Origin: an uncultured Gammaproteobacteria bacterium
Lineage (GTDB): Bacteria; Patescibacteriota; Patescibacteriia; JAGPKW01
Reading direction: 5' to 3'
Length of the DNA stretch: 57,927 bases
NCBI GenBank assembly: GCA_964532735.1
Contig: CAZHKK010000003.1
Location: forward strand, 1 to 57,927
Shown: piece by piece, positions 1-9,127 of the stretch
Layout: each line of letters starts with the position of its first letter
Numbering within the stretch: the stretch's first letter is position 1
Position numbers and translations under genes: made by a program
Notes under the pieces: model-generated
Databases searched by the model: none
What the model was told of the DNA's origin: nothing
Seen by the model: only the letters and a program-made list of their open reading frames with translations

Positions 1-1554
1 TTAATTTGATTTTTTCATCAATGGAAAGAATATACAATCTCTTAAATTATCTTGCTCTAAAACCATAGTCACAAATCTATCTATTCCTAGTCCTACTCCA
101 GATATTGGCGGCATTCCATATTTCATAGCTTCAATATAATCATCATCTCCCTGCATTGCTTCTTCGTCTCCCATTTTTGAAGCTTTTTCTTGTTCTATAA
201 ATCTTTGTTGTTGGTCTATAGGATCAACTAGTTCTGAATAACCCTTTACTAATTCCCATCCATTAATAACTAGCTGGAATTGATCAACCATATTTTTATC
301 ATTATCACTAACCCTTGCTAATGGTTGTAGTGCTTTTGGGTAATTATATAAAAACACTGGCCCGATTAATTTTGGTCTTGATATTTTTTTATATAAATAA
401 TCAACTAATGTAGCATAACTCATTTTATCAGCACCTTCTATAATAATATTTTTTTCTTTAATAAATTTTAATAATTCTTTTTCGTTTTTTGATTCTAGAA
501 TGTTTATCCCGGAATCTTTTTCAATTAGTTTTACAAAATCTACCTTTTCCCAAGTTTTCATGAAATCTATATCTTTAATATCTCCGTTTTTATCTTTTAC
601 CGGAATTATTGATTTTAAATTTAATTTTGTAAAAATATTTTTTATCATATTTTCTACAAAATCCATATTTTCTTTATAACTCCAATATGCTGTATACCAT
701 TCAAAATGTGTATGCTCTGGTAAATGAGATGGGTCAATACCTTCATTTCTAAAAGCTTTTCCTATTTCAAAAACTCTTTCATATCCACCAATAATTATTT
801 TCTTTAATGGTAATTCATGAGAAATTTTTAATACAACATCTAAATCTAATGCATTATTATGAGTATAATATGGCTTTGCTGCTGCACCTGTTGGGTTTAA
901 TTCTAATGTAGGAGTTTCAACTTCCATAAAATTATTCTCCCACATAAATTCTCTAATTGTTCTTATAATATTAGATCTTAATGTGAATCTTTTTTTAGCT
1001 TCCTCATCTGTTAAAGTTTCTAAATATCTTTGTCTTAAAATAACTTCTTCATCTGCAACGCCGTGAAATTTTTCTGGCATTGATTTTAAACATTTTCCTA
1101 AAAATGTTAATTCTTTAACCAATATAGTTATTTCTCCATGATGAGTTTTAAATATTTCTCCTTCTATTCCAACATAATCACCAATATCAATAAGTTTTTC
1201 TATGAATTTATAAGAATCTTGTTTTTCTTCGTTTAAATTATTTACCTTAACAATATTTTTTACAAAAGCTATTTGAATCCTTCCTTTTTCATCTTGAAGT
1301 TGAGCAAAAGCAATCTTACCATGACTTCTATAGGTCATTATTCTTCCGGCTACTTTTATCAATTCTTTAAATTTTACTTTTATTTCTTCAACATCTCTTA
1401 ATACTTTTTCATTTCCAATGTTTAAAACATTTTTTGTATTAATTTTACCTAAATAATTTTCAGGGTATACATCAATACCTAATTCTTTAATTTTATTTAA
1501 TTTTTCAAGTCTTACATTCTCTTCATTTATTAAATTTTGAGATTCTTCTGACAT
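1..1554 (-). CDS. lysS: Lysyl-tRNA synthetase, class II
   Basis: 517 aa. N-terminal OB-fold region followed by a class II core (FRNEGID, GVGLGIDR). Stop codon lies at 1-3, so the ORF is complete. Confidence 0.93.
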   Translation of the reverse strand: MSEESQNLINEENVRLEKLNKIKELGIDVYPENYLGKINTKNVLNIGNEKVLRDVEEIKVKFKELIKVAGRIMTYRSHGKIAFAQLQDEKGRIQIAFVKNIVKVNNLNEEKQDSYKFIEKLIDIGDYVGIEGEIFKTHHGEITILVKELTFLGKCLKSMPEKFHGVADEEVILRQRYLETLTDEEAKKRFTLRSNIIRTIREFMWENNFMEVETPTLELNPTGAAAKPYYTHNNALDLDVVLKISHELPLKKIIIGGYERVFEIGKAFRNEGIDPSHLPEHTHFEWYTAYWSYKENMDFVENMIKNIFTKLNLKSIIPVKDKNGDIKDIDFMKTWEKVDFVKLIEKDSGINILESKNEKELLKFIKEKNIIIEGADKMSYATLVDYLYKKISRPKLIGPVFLYNYPKALQPLARVSDNDKNMVDQFQLVINGWELVKGYSELVDPIDQQQRFIEQEKASKMGDEEAMQGDDDYIEAMKYGMPPISGVGLGIDRFVTMVLEQDNLRDCIFFPLMKKSN

Positions 1555-1635
1555 ATAACATTTATTAATTATATAAATATAGATTTATAATACCATAAAG
1601 TTAATAAAAATCAAAAACTAATTATTTATAAATAA

Positions 1636-1672
1636 TTTAAAAAACCCGTATAAATTATATACGGGTTTGTTT
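1636..1672 (-). terminator. Rho-independent terminator after the PhoH-like gene
   Basis: Perfect stem AAACCCGTATA/TATACGGGTTT (1642-1668), followed by a U-run on the minus strand. Confidence 0.6.
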
Positions 1673-1676
1673 TAAC

Positions 1677-3191
1677 TTAAAGCAATTCAGCAGATCTTTT
1701 TGCAATAAGAGATCTAACACTTTCTTTTGCTTTTATATAACAAAAATACTCTTCTGTTTCTATATATCTATCTATAAGATAAGATGCACCATTTGAAAAT
1801 TCATCTAAATATCTATTATCTAATTGATCTGGATCAAAAAGTATAACGACCTTACAGCCTTCTCCTATTCTAGTCATTATTGTCTTCATTATACTAGGTG
1901 TTATGTTTTGAGCCTCATCTATAACAACAAAACTATTAAAAATATTAATACCTCTCATATATGTTATTGGCTCTAAATCTACAACATTATTAAAAGATTC
2001 ATCTATTATTTTCATTCTTTTATCTTTCATAACACCATTATTTATAAAATATTTTTTTATTTCTTTAGATAAAAATTCGATATTAGAACTAACAAGTTTC
2101 ATCCAAGGACCAAATTTTTCTCCCATGTCTCCTGGTAGAAATCCAATATCTTCTCCAATTGGTATTATAGCCCTTGTAAAAATAATCTTATCATATTTTT
2201 TAATTTTTTTATCTGGGAGAATATCTAAATTTTCTTCTGTTATTTTATGCCAATCAACTGTTTGAAAAATACCAGCCATCAATGATAGCATTGTTTTTCC
2301 TGTTCCTGCTTGACCTGATATTGCAACAACTTTAATATTGTCATCCAATAAAGCATCTATAATGCAAATTTGTTCTTTATTTTTTGCTGATATTCCAAAC
2401 ATAGAAGTAGGCTTATAAAAATTTTCTTTTATGTCTTTAGATATCTTACAAAAACTCAAATCATTTTTTTCTAAAGATTGATAAAATACTGAATTTATAT
2501 TTTTTGGTATTTTTCCATTTGACTCCAATATGTCACCAAAAAGTTTAAAAGTTGTTGTTTTGTCATTTTCATAATCTTCTGTTTTTATACCCATTATAAT
2601 TGCCTTTATTTTTGCACATTTATCTCTTGTCACAAAAATAACTTCTTTATTGGGATTTAAAAATTTTATATTATGAACTGTGCTTATAATAATATTATCA
2701 TTTTTAGTAGGATCTAATCCTAATTTTTTACAATAATTTAAATCATCTTTAACAATAGAAAAAAATCCTAAATTATTCCCTATTTTTGCAACACAATCTA
2801 TTTCCTTATTTTCTATATTAAATATAAAATCTATATTTCTTAAAGTCTCTCTAGCTGAATATCCAACAACACCATTTTTACTTTTTAAATTATCTAATTC
2901 CTCTAAACATGTCATAGATATTACTATATCATTTTTTTCAAAGACAAACACACAAGAAGGATCATGTATGAAAACACAAGTATCTAAAACAAATATTTTA
3001 TTATTTTCGTTTATATTTTCTTCATATTCTAATTTTTTTGATTTATTTTTTTCTTTTTTATTTTGTTTTTTATAATAACCTTTATTTAAATTAATAGAAT
3101 CAATCTTTAATTTAACAGCCCTTTGCTCGTCTCTTTTTATTTTTTCTTTTGAAAAAAGATTTCCATTAGAATAAACCTTGCTCTTTGTCAT
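1677..3191 (-). CDS. PIN domain + PhoH-like ATPase (YlaK-type)
   Basis: N-terminal PIN-like acidic motif (VLDTCVFIHD), Walker A GQAGTGKT and a DEAQN Walker B-like motif. Confidence 0.85.
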   Translation of the reverse strand: MTKSKVYSNGNLFSKEKIKRDEQRAVKLKIDSINLNKGYYKKQNKKEKNKSKKLEYEENINENNKIFVLDTCVFIHDPSCVFVFEKNDIVISMTCLEELDNLKSKNGVVGYSARETLRNIDFIFNIENKEIDCVAKIGNNLGFFSIVKDDLNYCKKLGLDPTKNDNIIISTVHNIKFLNPNKEVIFVTRDKCAKIKAIIMGIKTEDYENDKTTTFKLFGDILESNGKIPKNINSVFYQSLEKNDLSFCKISKDIKENFYKPTSMFGISAKNKEQICIIDALLDDNIKVVAISGQAGTGKTMLSLMAGIFQTVDWHKITEENLDILPDKKIKKYDKIIFTRAIIPIGEDIGFLPGDMGEKFGPWMKLVSSNIEFLSKEIKKYFINNGVMKDKRMKIIDESFNNVVDLEPITYMRGINIFNSFVVIDEAQNITPSIMKTIMTRIGEGCKVVILFDPDQLDNRYLDEFSNGASYLIDRYIETEEYFCYIKAKESVRSLIAKRSAELL

Positions 3192-3319
3192 TTAATTCCT
3201 CCTAAATAAATTTTATAAAATACTACCCTTTAAAATATAAAAAGTCCAGTATCTTATTGATTTTTAATTATTTTGTGTTATAGTTACTTAAAATTAAAAC
3301 ATTTTTAAAGGAGGATTGT

Positions 3320-3652
3320 ATGAATATTGTTTTTTATATCAAAGATGATAAAGAAAAAGGCATTCAAGAGGTTAGTTTTTTTGATTTTAATGATAATAAA
3401 ATTGTTTTTACTGTGTTTATGAAAGAAATGGGTAGAATAACAATATCTAGAAACAATGAGATAAAAGAATACAACAACTTTCTTGATGAAAAAATTGAAA
3501 CAAAAAATATTCTTGAAAGATATGCAATTAATATATTTATTTGCAAAATGAAATATAATGAAAATTTTAATATTCATGCCAAAAAAGAAACCAGAGCAAA
3601 TAAAAAAGAAAAAGAAATATTAAACTCTATCATAATAAGAGATTTATTATGA
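3320..3652 (+). CDS. Hypothetical protein (110 aa)
   Basis: Strong SD AAAGGAGG at 3307-3314, TGA stop, terminator immediately downstream. No recognisable motif. Confidence 0.6.
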   Translation: MNIVFYIKDDKEKGIQEVSFFDFNDNKIVFTVFMKEMGRITISRNNEIKEYNNFLDEKIETKNILERYAINIFICKMKYNENFNIHAKKETRANKKEKEILNSIIIRDLL

Positions 3653-3660
3653 ATTAAAAA

Positions 3661-3679
3661 GCGGTCATTTTTTGACCGC
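3661..3679. terminator. Bidirectional terminator hairpin
   Basis: GCGGTCA-TTTTT-TGACCGC, flanked by A-run and T-run, between convergent genes. Confidence 0.6.
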
Positions 3680-3684
3680 TTATT

Positions 3685-4473
3685 TTAATCATTAGGATAA
3701 AAAACTTCTCTTCTTGGTTTTTCAAAATTTTCAATTTCTGTATTATGAATTTCATTATTATTTTTTACTGTTTCCTTTTTTTTATTTATAATTTTACTAC
3801 TTAATTTAACTTTTGTGTTTCTTTTTTTAGATTTTTCGGTGATTATTTTTTCTTTTTCTTCAACAAAAGTTTCTATTTTTTTAGCTATAGGATCTGGATT
3901 TTCTTTTTGTTCTATCTTAGCATTAGTCCTAAAAGTTTTAACATAACCATTATGTAATCTATTATACTCTAAATCAATTTCTAGTTCTGTAATAAAAGAA
4001 GGAACTTTTACTATTTTTATTATATTTTTTTCTGGTTCTGTTTTTATTTTTGTTTTTTTAAATATATTAAAAGTATAATTATAAAACATAATAAAATAAT
4101 TAACTACCTTATCAGAACCATTACATATAACATTAATAGATCTTCCTAGAGAATCTGGAATTAATTGAATTCTTATTTTTTCTATAATATTTTTATTGTA
4201 TTCTTTAAATATTTTACAATAAGAAATAATATCATACTCATTATTTGCGCCTTCTCTTATTGTCTCTTTTATAAAATAATATTTTTTTACAAGAACATCC
4301 TCACAAAAAGAAGAAATTTTCATAAATTCTTCTTTTGTTATTTGTTTATAACTGAAACCTACTCCGAAAAAATCAATCATAATTTCTAAATTTTTTCTTT
4401 TTTTTGTTTCAATTATATATTTAAACAAAAATATCAATAATACTAAAAACAAAAAAATATTAACAAATATCAT
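3685..4473 (-). CDS. Hypothetical membrane-anchored protein (262 aa)
   Basis: N-terminal hydrophobic helix (IFVNIFLFLVLLIFLF) and a Lys-rich C-terminus. No recognisable domain. Confidence 0.55.
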   Translation of the reverse strand: MIFVNIFLFLVLLIFLFKYIIETKKRKNLEIMIDFFGVGFSYKQITKEEFMKISSFCEDVLVKKYYFIKETIREGANNEYDIISYCKIFKEYNKNIIEKIRIQLIPDSLGRSINVICNGSDKVVNYFIMFYNYTFNIFKKTKIKTEPEKNIIKIVKVPSFITELEIDLEYNRLHNGYVKTFRTNAKIEQKENPDPIAKKIETFVEEKEKIITEKSKKRNTKVKLSSKIINKKKETVKNNNEIHNTEIENFEKPRREVFYPND

Positions 4474-4563
4474 AATTTTCTCCTTTTATTTTAGATTTGT
4501 TTTTTATCTTTACCATTTTTTTATCAAAAAAGCAATAGTAAATTAAAAGAGTAATATTAAATA

Positions 4564-4926
4564 TTACTCTTTTAATAAATCAAATAAAGACTCTTTTTTT
4601 ATAGGCTTATCTAAATAAAAACCATTCAATTCTTTTATCTTATTTATATATTTTTGAATATTAGATGAAATAAAAACTACATTTTTTATTTCTTTTTTTG
4701 CTTTTATTTTTCTTATCATATCAATACCATTCATATCTGGCATTTCTATATCAGTAATTATAAAACTATAATCATTTTTTAATATATCACAAAAAGCATC
4801 TTTTGATTTTTCTCTATAATCAGCCAATATATTTAATTTTTTAAACATAAACTTAAACGAATTTAACACAAGCATATCATCATCTATAACGATTATATGC
4901 TTAGTCGCGTTGGATTTTTTTATCAT
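4564..4926 (-). CDS. Stand-alone response-regulator receiver (CheY-like) protein
   Basis: 120 aa. Acidic pocket IDDD, phospho-acceptor context IITDIEMPDMNG, then VFISS and DKP (conserved Ser and Lys). No output domain. Confidence 0.85.
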   Translation of the reverse strand: MIKKSNATKHIIVIDDDMLVLNSFKFMFKKLNILADYREKSKDAFCDILKNDYSFIITDIEMPDMNGIDMIRKIKAKKEIKNVVFISSNIQKYINKIKELNGFYLDKPIKKESLFDLLKE

Positions 4927-4940
4927 ATTTTAGTTTTTTA

Positions 4941-5027
4941 GGCCAAAAATCCCCCTACCAAGAAGAGAATTGGCTTTTGGCCAACCAACGCGACATTGGT
5001 TCTCTCTTGATAGAGGGATTTTTGGCC
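4941..5027 (-). ncRNA. 87-nt GC-rich three-way-junction structured element (unassigned RNA or MITE-like palindrome)
   Basis: 4941-4969 pairs with 5000-5027. There are two apical hairpins. The mismatches are G.U only on the minus strand. The element is bracketed by the 11-bp direct repeat CGCGTTGGATT. Confidence 0.45.
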
Positions 5028-5063
5028 GCGTTGGATTATGTCAATTAAATTATATACTATATA

Positions 5064-5699
5064 TTAAATAATATCAAATCTTCCATGAAATATTTTATTT
5101 CTTTTTTTATTAATCATGTTTAATATACTTAAATTATCTTTTTTATCATTAAAAACAAAACTTAAATCGGTCCAATTATTTAAAATTAAACTTTTAATAT
5201 CTAAAAAATCTGAATAAAAAATATAATGAAATTTATTTTTGTCAAAATTTGATCTTTTTATGCAAATATTAGATATGTTTTTATCAACGCAATCTAACCA
5301 CCAACTATTACCTTTTGTTATAAACATCTTTTTTAAAATTACTCTTCTTAATTGATTTTCATATCTTATAAATTTTTTATAAAAATCTATATTATTATTT
5401 ATTAAAAAATCTGAATAAATAATTTTTATGTTTTCTATATTTTTTAAAAAAAATTCTCTTATTTTTTTAATATAATTATTATTGGTTTTTATTTTTATAA
5501 AAAATTGACAGAATTTTTTATATATAAAAATTTTTATAATATAATTTTTATTATAAGAATAAAATACTTTTATTGATTTATTTTCTTTGGTTTTTAGGTT
5601 TTTAATAAAATCTAATTTTAAAAATAAACTATATATAATAGAATTTAAAATATCTAAATCTTTATAAAAAGAAAAATATTCCTCTTTTTGTGTTTTCAT
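5064..5699 (-). CDS. Swt1-like HEPN domain protein
   Basis: C-terminal pattern NSWW...FLDIKSLILNNW...KKRNKIFHG (R-x4-H). The start overlaps the stop of the upstream gene (ATGA). Confidence 0.6.
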   Translation of the reverse strand: MKTQKEEYFSFYKDLDILNSIIYSLFLKLDFIKNLKTKENKSIKVFYSYNKNYIIKIFIYKKFCQFFIKIKTNNNYIKKIREFFLKNIENIKIIYSDFLINNNIDFYKKFIRYENQLRRVILKKMFITKGNSWWLDCVDKNISNICIKRSNFDKNKFHYIFYSDFLDIKSLILNNWTDLSFVFNDKKDNLSILNMINKKRNKIFHGRFDII

Positions 5700-6325
5700 A
5701 TAATTCCTTTATCTTTAAAACTTGTAAAATTATCAATGTTTATAAATACAAAATCAATAAAAATAATATCTAAAAAAATAGCTTTTTCTTTTATCTCTAA
5801 AGCAAACTTAATATACTCTTCTATAATATTATCTTCTTTTGATCCCCCAACTATAAAAAATTTTTTAAAATTATATTCAAACATATATTTAAATATAATA
5901 TTCATTTTTAAACTTGAAATATTATTACCTATAAATATTAATTTTTTACATATCAAATTATTAAAACTATCTAAAATACCAATATAAAATTCTGAATTTT
6001 TTAAATTTGATATAAATTTAAAATTTTCATATATTTTTTTTGAAGAATTTATAAAAATATCATTATTATCAAATATTCTTCTCCCTATTTCCACACAAGC
6101 ACAAACCTGAGAAGCTTTTGTTGTTGGTATTTTTAATTGTTTCACAATTTGTTCTACTGTTTTAAAAATAGATAGATCTTGCCCATAATCTTTTATTATT
6201 CTTCTAGACATATCAAAAACAGATTCTGTTTTAGAACCACTATTTAATATTACAGCTAAAAGTTCTTTTAGATCTAAATATTTTGGACCAAGCCTTATTA
6301 ATTTTTCTCGTGGAAGTTCATTCAT
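5696..6325 (-). CDS. radC: RadC-like (UPF0758) protein with degenerate JAB/JAMM site
   Basis: N-terminal HhH region (LKELLAVILNSGSKTES). The C-terminal JAB-like region lacks the HNHPSG motif (reads VGGSKED). Confidence 0.75.
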   Translation of the reverse strand: MNELPREKLIRLGPKYLDLKELLAVILNSGSKTESVFDMSRRIIKDYGQDLSIFKTVEQIVKQLKIPTTKASQVCACVEIGRRIFDNNDIFINSSKKIYENFKFISNLKNSEFYIGILDSFNNLICKKLIFIGNNISSLKMNIIFKYMFEYNFKKFFIVGGSKEDNIIEEYIKFALEIKEKAIFLDIIFIDFVFINIDNFTSFKDKGII

Positions 6326-6449
6326 ATTATTTTTTTAATATAATAAAAAAATAATATCATAAACTTAATTTTTTAAAATTAATAAATACATTAATTTTAT
6401 ATTAAAATATATATTTTTTTTAAAATATAAGCCAAAAAAAACACTGTGT

Positions 6450-6485
6450 ATAAAAAATACTAGACTATTTTAAAAAGTCTAGTAT
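6450..6485 (-). terminator. Terminator after corA
   Basis: Stem ATACTAGACT/AGTCTAGTAT (6457-6485), followed by a U-run on the minus strand. Confidence 0.6.
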
Positions 6486-6508
6486 TTGTTTCACAAAAAG
6501 TTTCACAA

Positions 6509-7444
6509 CTATCTCTTATCTCTTATTATAAATATTATTGGTATCACTATAGCTAATATAGACAAAACAATAACATATATATAAGTATCTGGGTTATCTT
6601 GAAATGGCGTTTTCATGTTCATTCCATAAAAACCTGTTATTATCGTAGGAATTGTCAAAGCTGCTGTTATTACAGTAAGCCCTGTAACTCTTTTATTTAA
6701 ATTGTTTGAAATTATTGAAAAGAAATAATTTTTCATATCGTCTAAAACCTTACTATATATATTAGCAAGCTCTATAGCTTGGGAATTTTCTATTAAAGCT
6801 TCATCTAATAAATCATCATTAATTTCATTTTTTTGAATTGTTTTATATCTTTTAAATTTATTCATTACAACTTCATTTGACTTTAAACCTGTTTTAAAAT
6901 ATATAAGACTTTTTTCAAGATTTAACAATTTTGTTAAACTCTTATTACTAGCATTCTTGTTAAACTCTTTTTCTACTTTTGATATTTCAAAATTAATCTC
7001 TTTAAGATACTTAAGATAAAGAACTGATGATTTATGAAATATTTTTAATAAAAATTTTATTCTATCATCTAATATATCTGCGTTTTTTATTTTTTTATTA
7101 AATAAATCTGATAAAATATTAAACCTAGAGTTTTTATAAACAGTCACGCAATGATCTTTTAATAAAATAATACCGAAAGATGAAGTATTAAAAGGAATTT
7201 CTATTTCATTTATATCTGGAGTTGGAATTCTTAATACAACTAAAAGGTTTCCATTTTCATAATCTACTCTAGATTTTTCATTTATATCTATAGAATCTGT
7301 TATAAAATCTTCTGGAATATTAAATTTATTTATAATATTTTCTATTTCATCTTTTGTAGGATTAGAAAGATTTATCCAAGTATTTTTTTCTATATTTTCT
7401 ATTTCTTTTAATTCGTTGTTGTTTTTTTTATAAATCGTAACCAT
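6509..7444 (-). CDS. corA: CorA-family magnesium/cobalt transporter
   Basis: 311 aa. YGMNM (GMN motif) between two C-terminal TM helices. Confidence 0.88.
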   Translation of the reverse strand: MVTIYKKNNNELKEIENIEKNTWINLSNPTKDEIENIINKFNIPEDFITDSIDINEKSRVDYENGNLLVVLRIPTPDINEIEIPFNTSSFGIILLKDHCVTVYKNSRFNILSDLFNKKIKNADILDDRIKFLLKIFHKSSVLYLKYLKEINFEISKVEKEFNKNASNKSLTKLLNLEKSLIYFKTGLKSNEVVMNKFKRYKTIQKNEINDDLLDEALIENSQAIELANIYSKVLDDMKNYFFSIISNNLNKRVTGLTVITAALTIPTIITGFYGMNMKTPFQDNPDTYIYVIVLSILAIVIPIIFIIRDKR

Positions 7445-7515
7445 ACAAATTTGATTAATCTTAATTATTATATTTTATACTATATTTTTTTATATAACAA
7501 TCTTTATTTTTCCTC

Positions 7516-7544
7516 TTGCATAAACAAAAAAAATCTGTTAAAAT
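7516..7544 (+). promoter_or_regulatory. Sigma70-like promoter for rpsT
   Basis: TTGCAT (7516-7521), 17-nt spacer, TAAAAT (7539-7544), about 35 nt upstream of the start codon. Confidence 0.45.
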
Positions 7545-7579
7545 GTTTTTAATATTTTAATAATTTTAATTGTTTAGAA

Positions 7580-7960
7580 ATGCCAAATAAAAAGAATGCA
7601 GAAAAAGCTTTAAGACAAAGTAAGAAAAGAAAAATAGCTAACGATAAAGTTAGACTTTCTATTCATGATATGAAAAGAAAAATTAGAAAAGCATTAGAAT
7701 CTAATGTTTCTATTGATGAACTACAAGGTCTTTACAAACAAGCTCAAGTTCTTTTAGATAAAGCTACAAAATCTAATATTATAAAAAGAAACTCTGCTGC
7801 TAGAAAAAAATCTTCTATTGCTAATATAATAAACAAAAAAGCTAAATCTCCTGCTGATGAAGTTGCAACTAAAAAAACTACAAAAAAAGTTGCAACTAAA
7901 AAAACTACAAAAAAAGTTGCAACTAAAAAAACTACAAAAAAAGTTGCAACTAAAAAATAG
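7580..7960 (+). CDS. rpsT: Ribosomal protein S20 with repetitive Lys-rich C-terminal tail
   Basis: N-terminus NAEKALRQSKKRK... is typical of S20. The C-terminus is VATKKTTKK repeated. Confidence 0.9.
   Translation: MPNKKNAEKALRQSKKRKIANDKVRLSIHDMKRKIRKALESNVSIDELQGLYKQAQVLLDKATKSNIIKRNSAARKKSSIANIINKKAKSPADEVATKKTTKKVATKKTTKKVATKKTTKKVATKK
7862..7957 (+). repeat. Perfect 27-bp tandem repeat (3.5 copies) inside rpsT
   Basis: GTTGCAACTAAAAAAACTACAAAAAAA at 7862, 7889 and 7916, with a partial copy at 7943. In frame. Confidence 0.9.
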
Positions 7961-7974
7961 TTTTCAAATTAAAA

Positions 7975-7999
7975 TAAAAGCGGTGAACCCGCTTTTATT
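7975..7999 (+). terminator. Terminator after rpsT
   Basis: AAAAGCGG-TGAAC-CCGCTTTT hairpin followed by a T-run. Confidence 0.6.
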
Positions 8000-8023
8000 T
8001 ATTTAAGATTTAATTTTTAAAAA

Positions 8024-9100
8024 ATGTCATTATCTGTTGGAATTGTAGGTTTACCAAATGTTGGAAAATCTACTTTATTTAAAGCTATAACAAAAAAACA
8101 AGTTGATATTGCTAATTATCCTTTTTGTACTATAGAGCCAAATATAGGAATAATAGAAGTACCAGATGAACGATTATCTAAACTAAAAGAAACATCTAAC
8201 TCTGAAAAAATAGTAAATGCCACTATTAAATTTTATGACATAGCAGGATTAGTTAAAGGTGCTAGTGCCGGAGAAGGTCTCGGTAATAAATTTTTATCGC
8301 ATATAAAAGAAGTTGATGCAATTGCTCATGTTGTAAGATTTTTTGAAAATGGTGATATTGCTCATGTTGATGGAAACATAGATCCAATTAGAGATATTAA
8401 AACTATAAATTTAGAATTAATCTTGTCTGATTTAGAAATTATAAGAAAAAGGATTGAAGCTGTTGAAAAAAAAGCTAAAATAGGAGATAAAGAATCTGTT
8501 TTTAAATTAAACATATATAAAAAAATAGAAGAAGTATTAATGTCAGAAAAAATGTTACATAATGAAATTTTTGACGAGGAAGAATTTGATTCTATAAAAG
8601 AATTAAATCTAATAACGATGAAACCAATGTTTTTCATAGCTAATGTTTTAGAATCTGATGTAAAAAAAGATATAAAAATAGAGGGGTATGAAAAATATGA
8701 AATTATACCTATTTCAGCAAAGATAGAATCTGAAATTTCTGAAATTGAAAACGAAGAAGATAAAAAAATGTTTTTAAGTGAACTTGGATTGGAACAATCC
8801 GGGCTAGATAGAGTTATAAAATTTTCTTATTCATTTTTAAATTTAATAACATATTTTACTTCCGGAAAAGAAGAATCAAAAGCTTGGACTATCAGGAAAG
8901 GAACAAATGCAAAAAAATCAGCAGGAGAAATTCATTCTGATATAGAATCTGGATTTATAAGAGCTGAAATTGTTTCTTTTAATGATTTTATAAATAACAA
9001 GGGTTGGAATGGAGTTAAAAATTCTGGGGTATGCAGAATAGAAGGAAAAGATTATTTAATGCAAGATGGTGATGTTGTTTATTTCTTATTTAATAAATAA
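8024..9100 (+). CDS. ychF: Ribosome-binding ATPase YchF (Obg-like)
   Basis: GIVGLPNVGKSTLF P-loop, and a C-terminal TGS-like domain ending DGDVVYF. Confidence 0.92.
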   Translation: MSLSVGIVGLPNVGKSTLFKAITKKQVDIANYPFCTIEPNIGIIEVPDERLSKLKETSNSEKIVNATIKFYDIAGLVKGASAGEGLGNKFLSHIKEVDAIAHVVRFFENGDIAHVDGNIDPIRDIKTINLELILSDLEIIRKRIEAVEKKAKIGDKESVFKLNIYKKIEEVLMSEKMLHNEIFDEEEFDSIKELNLITMKPMFFIANVLESDVKKDIKIEGYEKYEIIPISAKIESEISEIENEEDKKMFLSELGLEQSGLDRVIKFSYSFLNLITYFTSGKEESKAWTIRKGTNAKKSAGEIHSDIESGFIRAEIVSFNDFINNKGWNGVKNSGVCRIEGKDYLMQDGDVVYFLFNK

Positions 9101-9127
9101 AAAATATAAGCTTACGCTTATATTTTT
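9101..9127. terminator. Bidirectional terminator (ychF / dgkA)
   Basis: ATATAAGC-TTAC-GCTTATAT flanked by an A-run and a T-run. Confidence 0.55.

Noticed and set aside
4941-5027. The GC-rich element as a tRNA or tRNA-like gene.
   Set aside because: There is no T-loop (GTTCGAAT-like) or D-loop signature. The long stem is about 27 bp, which is incompatible with a cloverleaf.
7862-7957. Possible CRISPR array or other spaced repeats. I also checked the repeats at 24643-24696 and 38761-38856.
   Set aside because: All are head-to-tail tandem repeats without spacers, lie in frame inside CDSs, and encode low-complexity peptide repeats. No cas genes are present.
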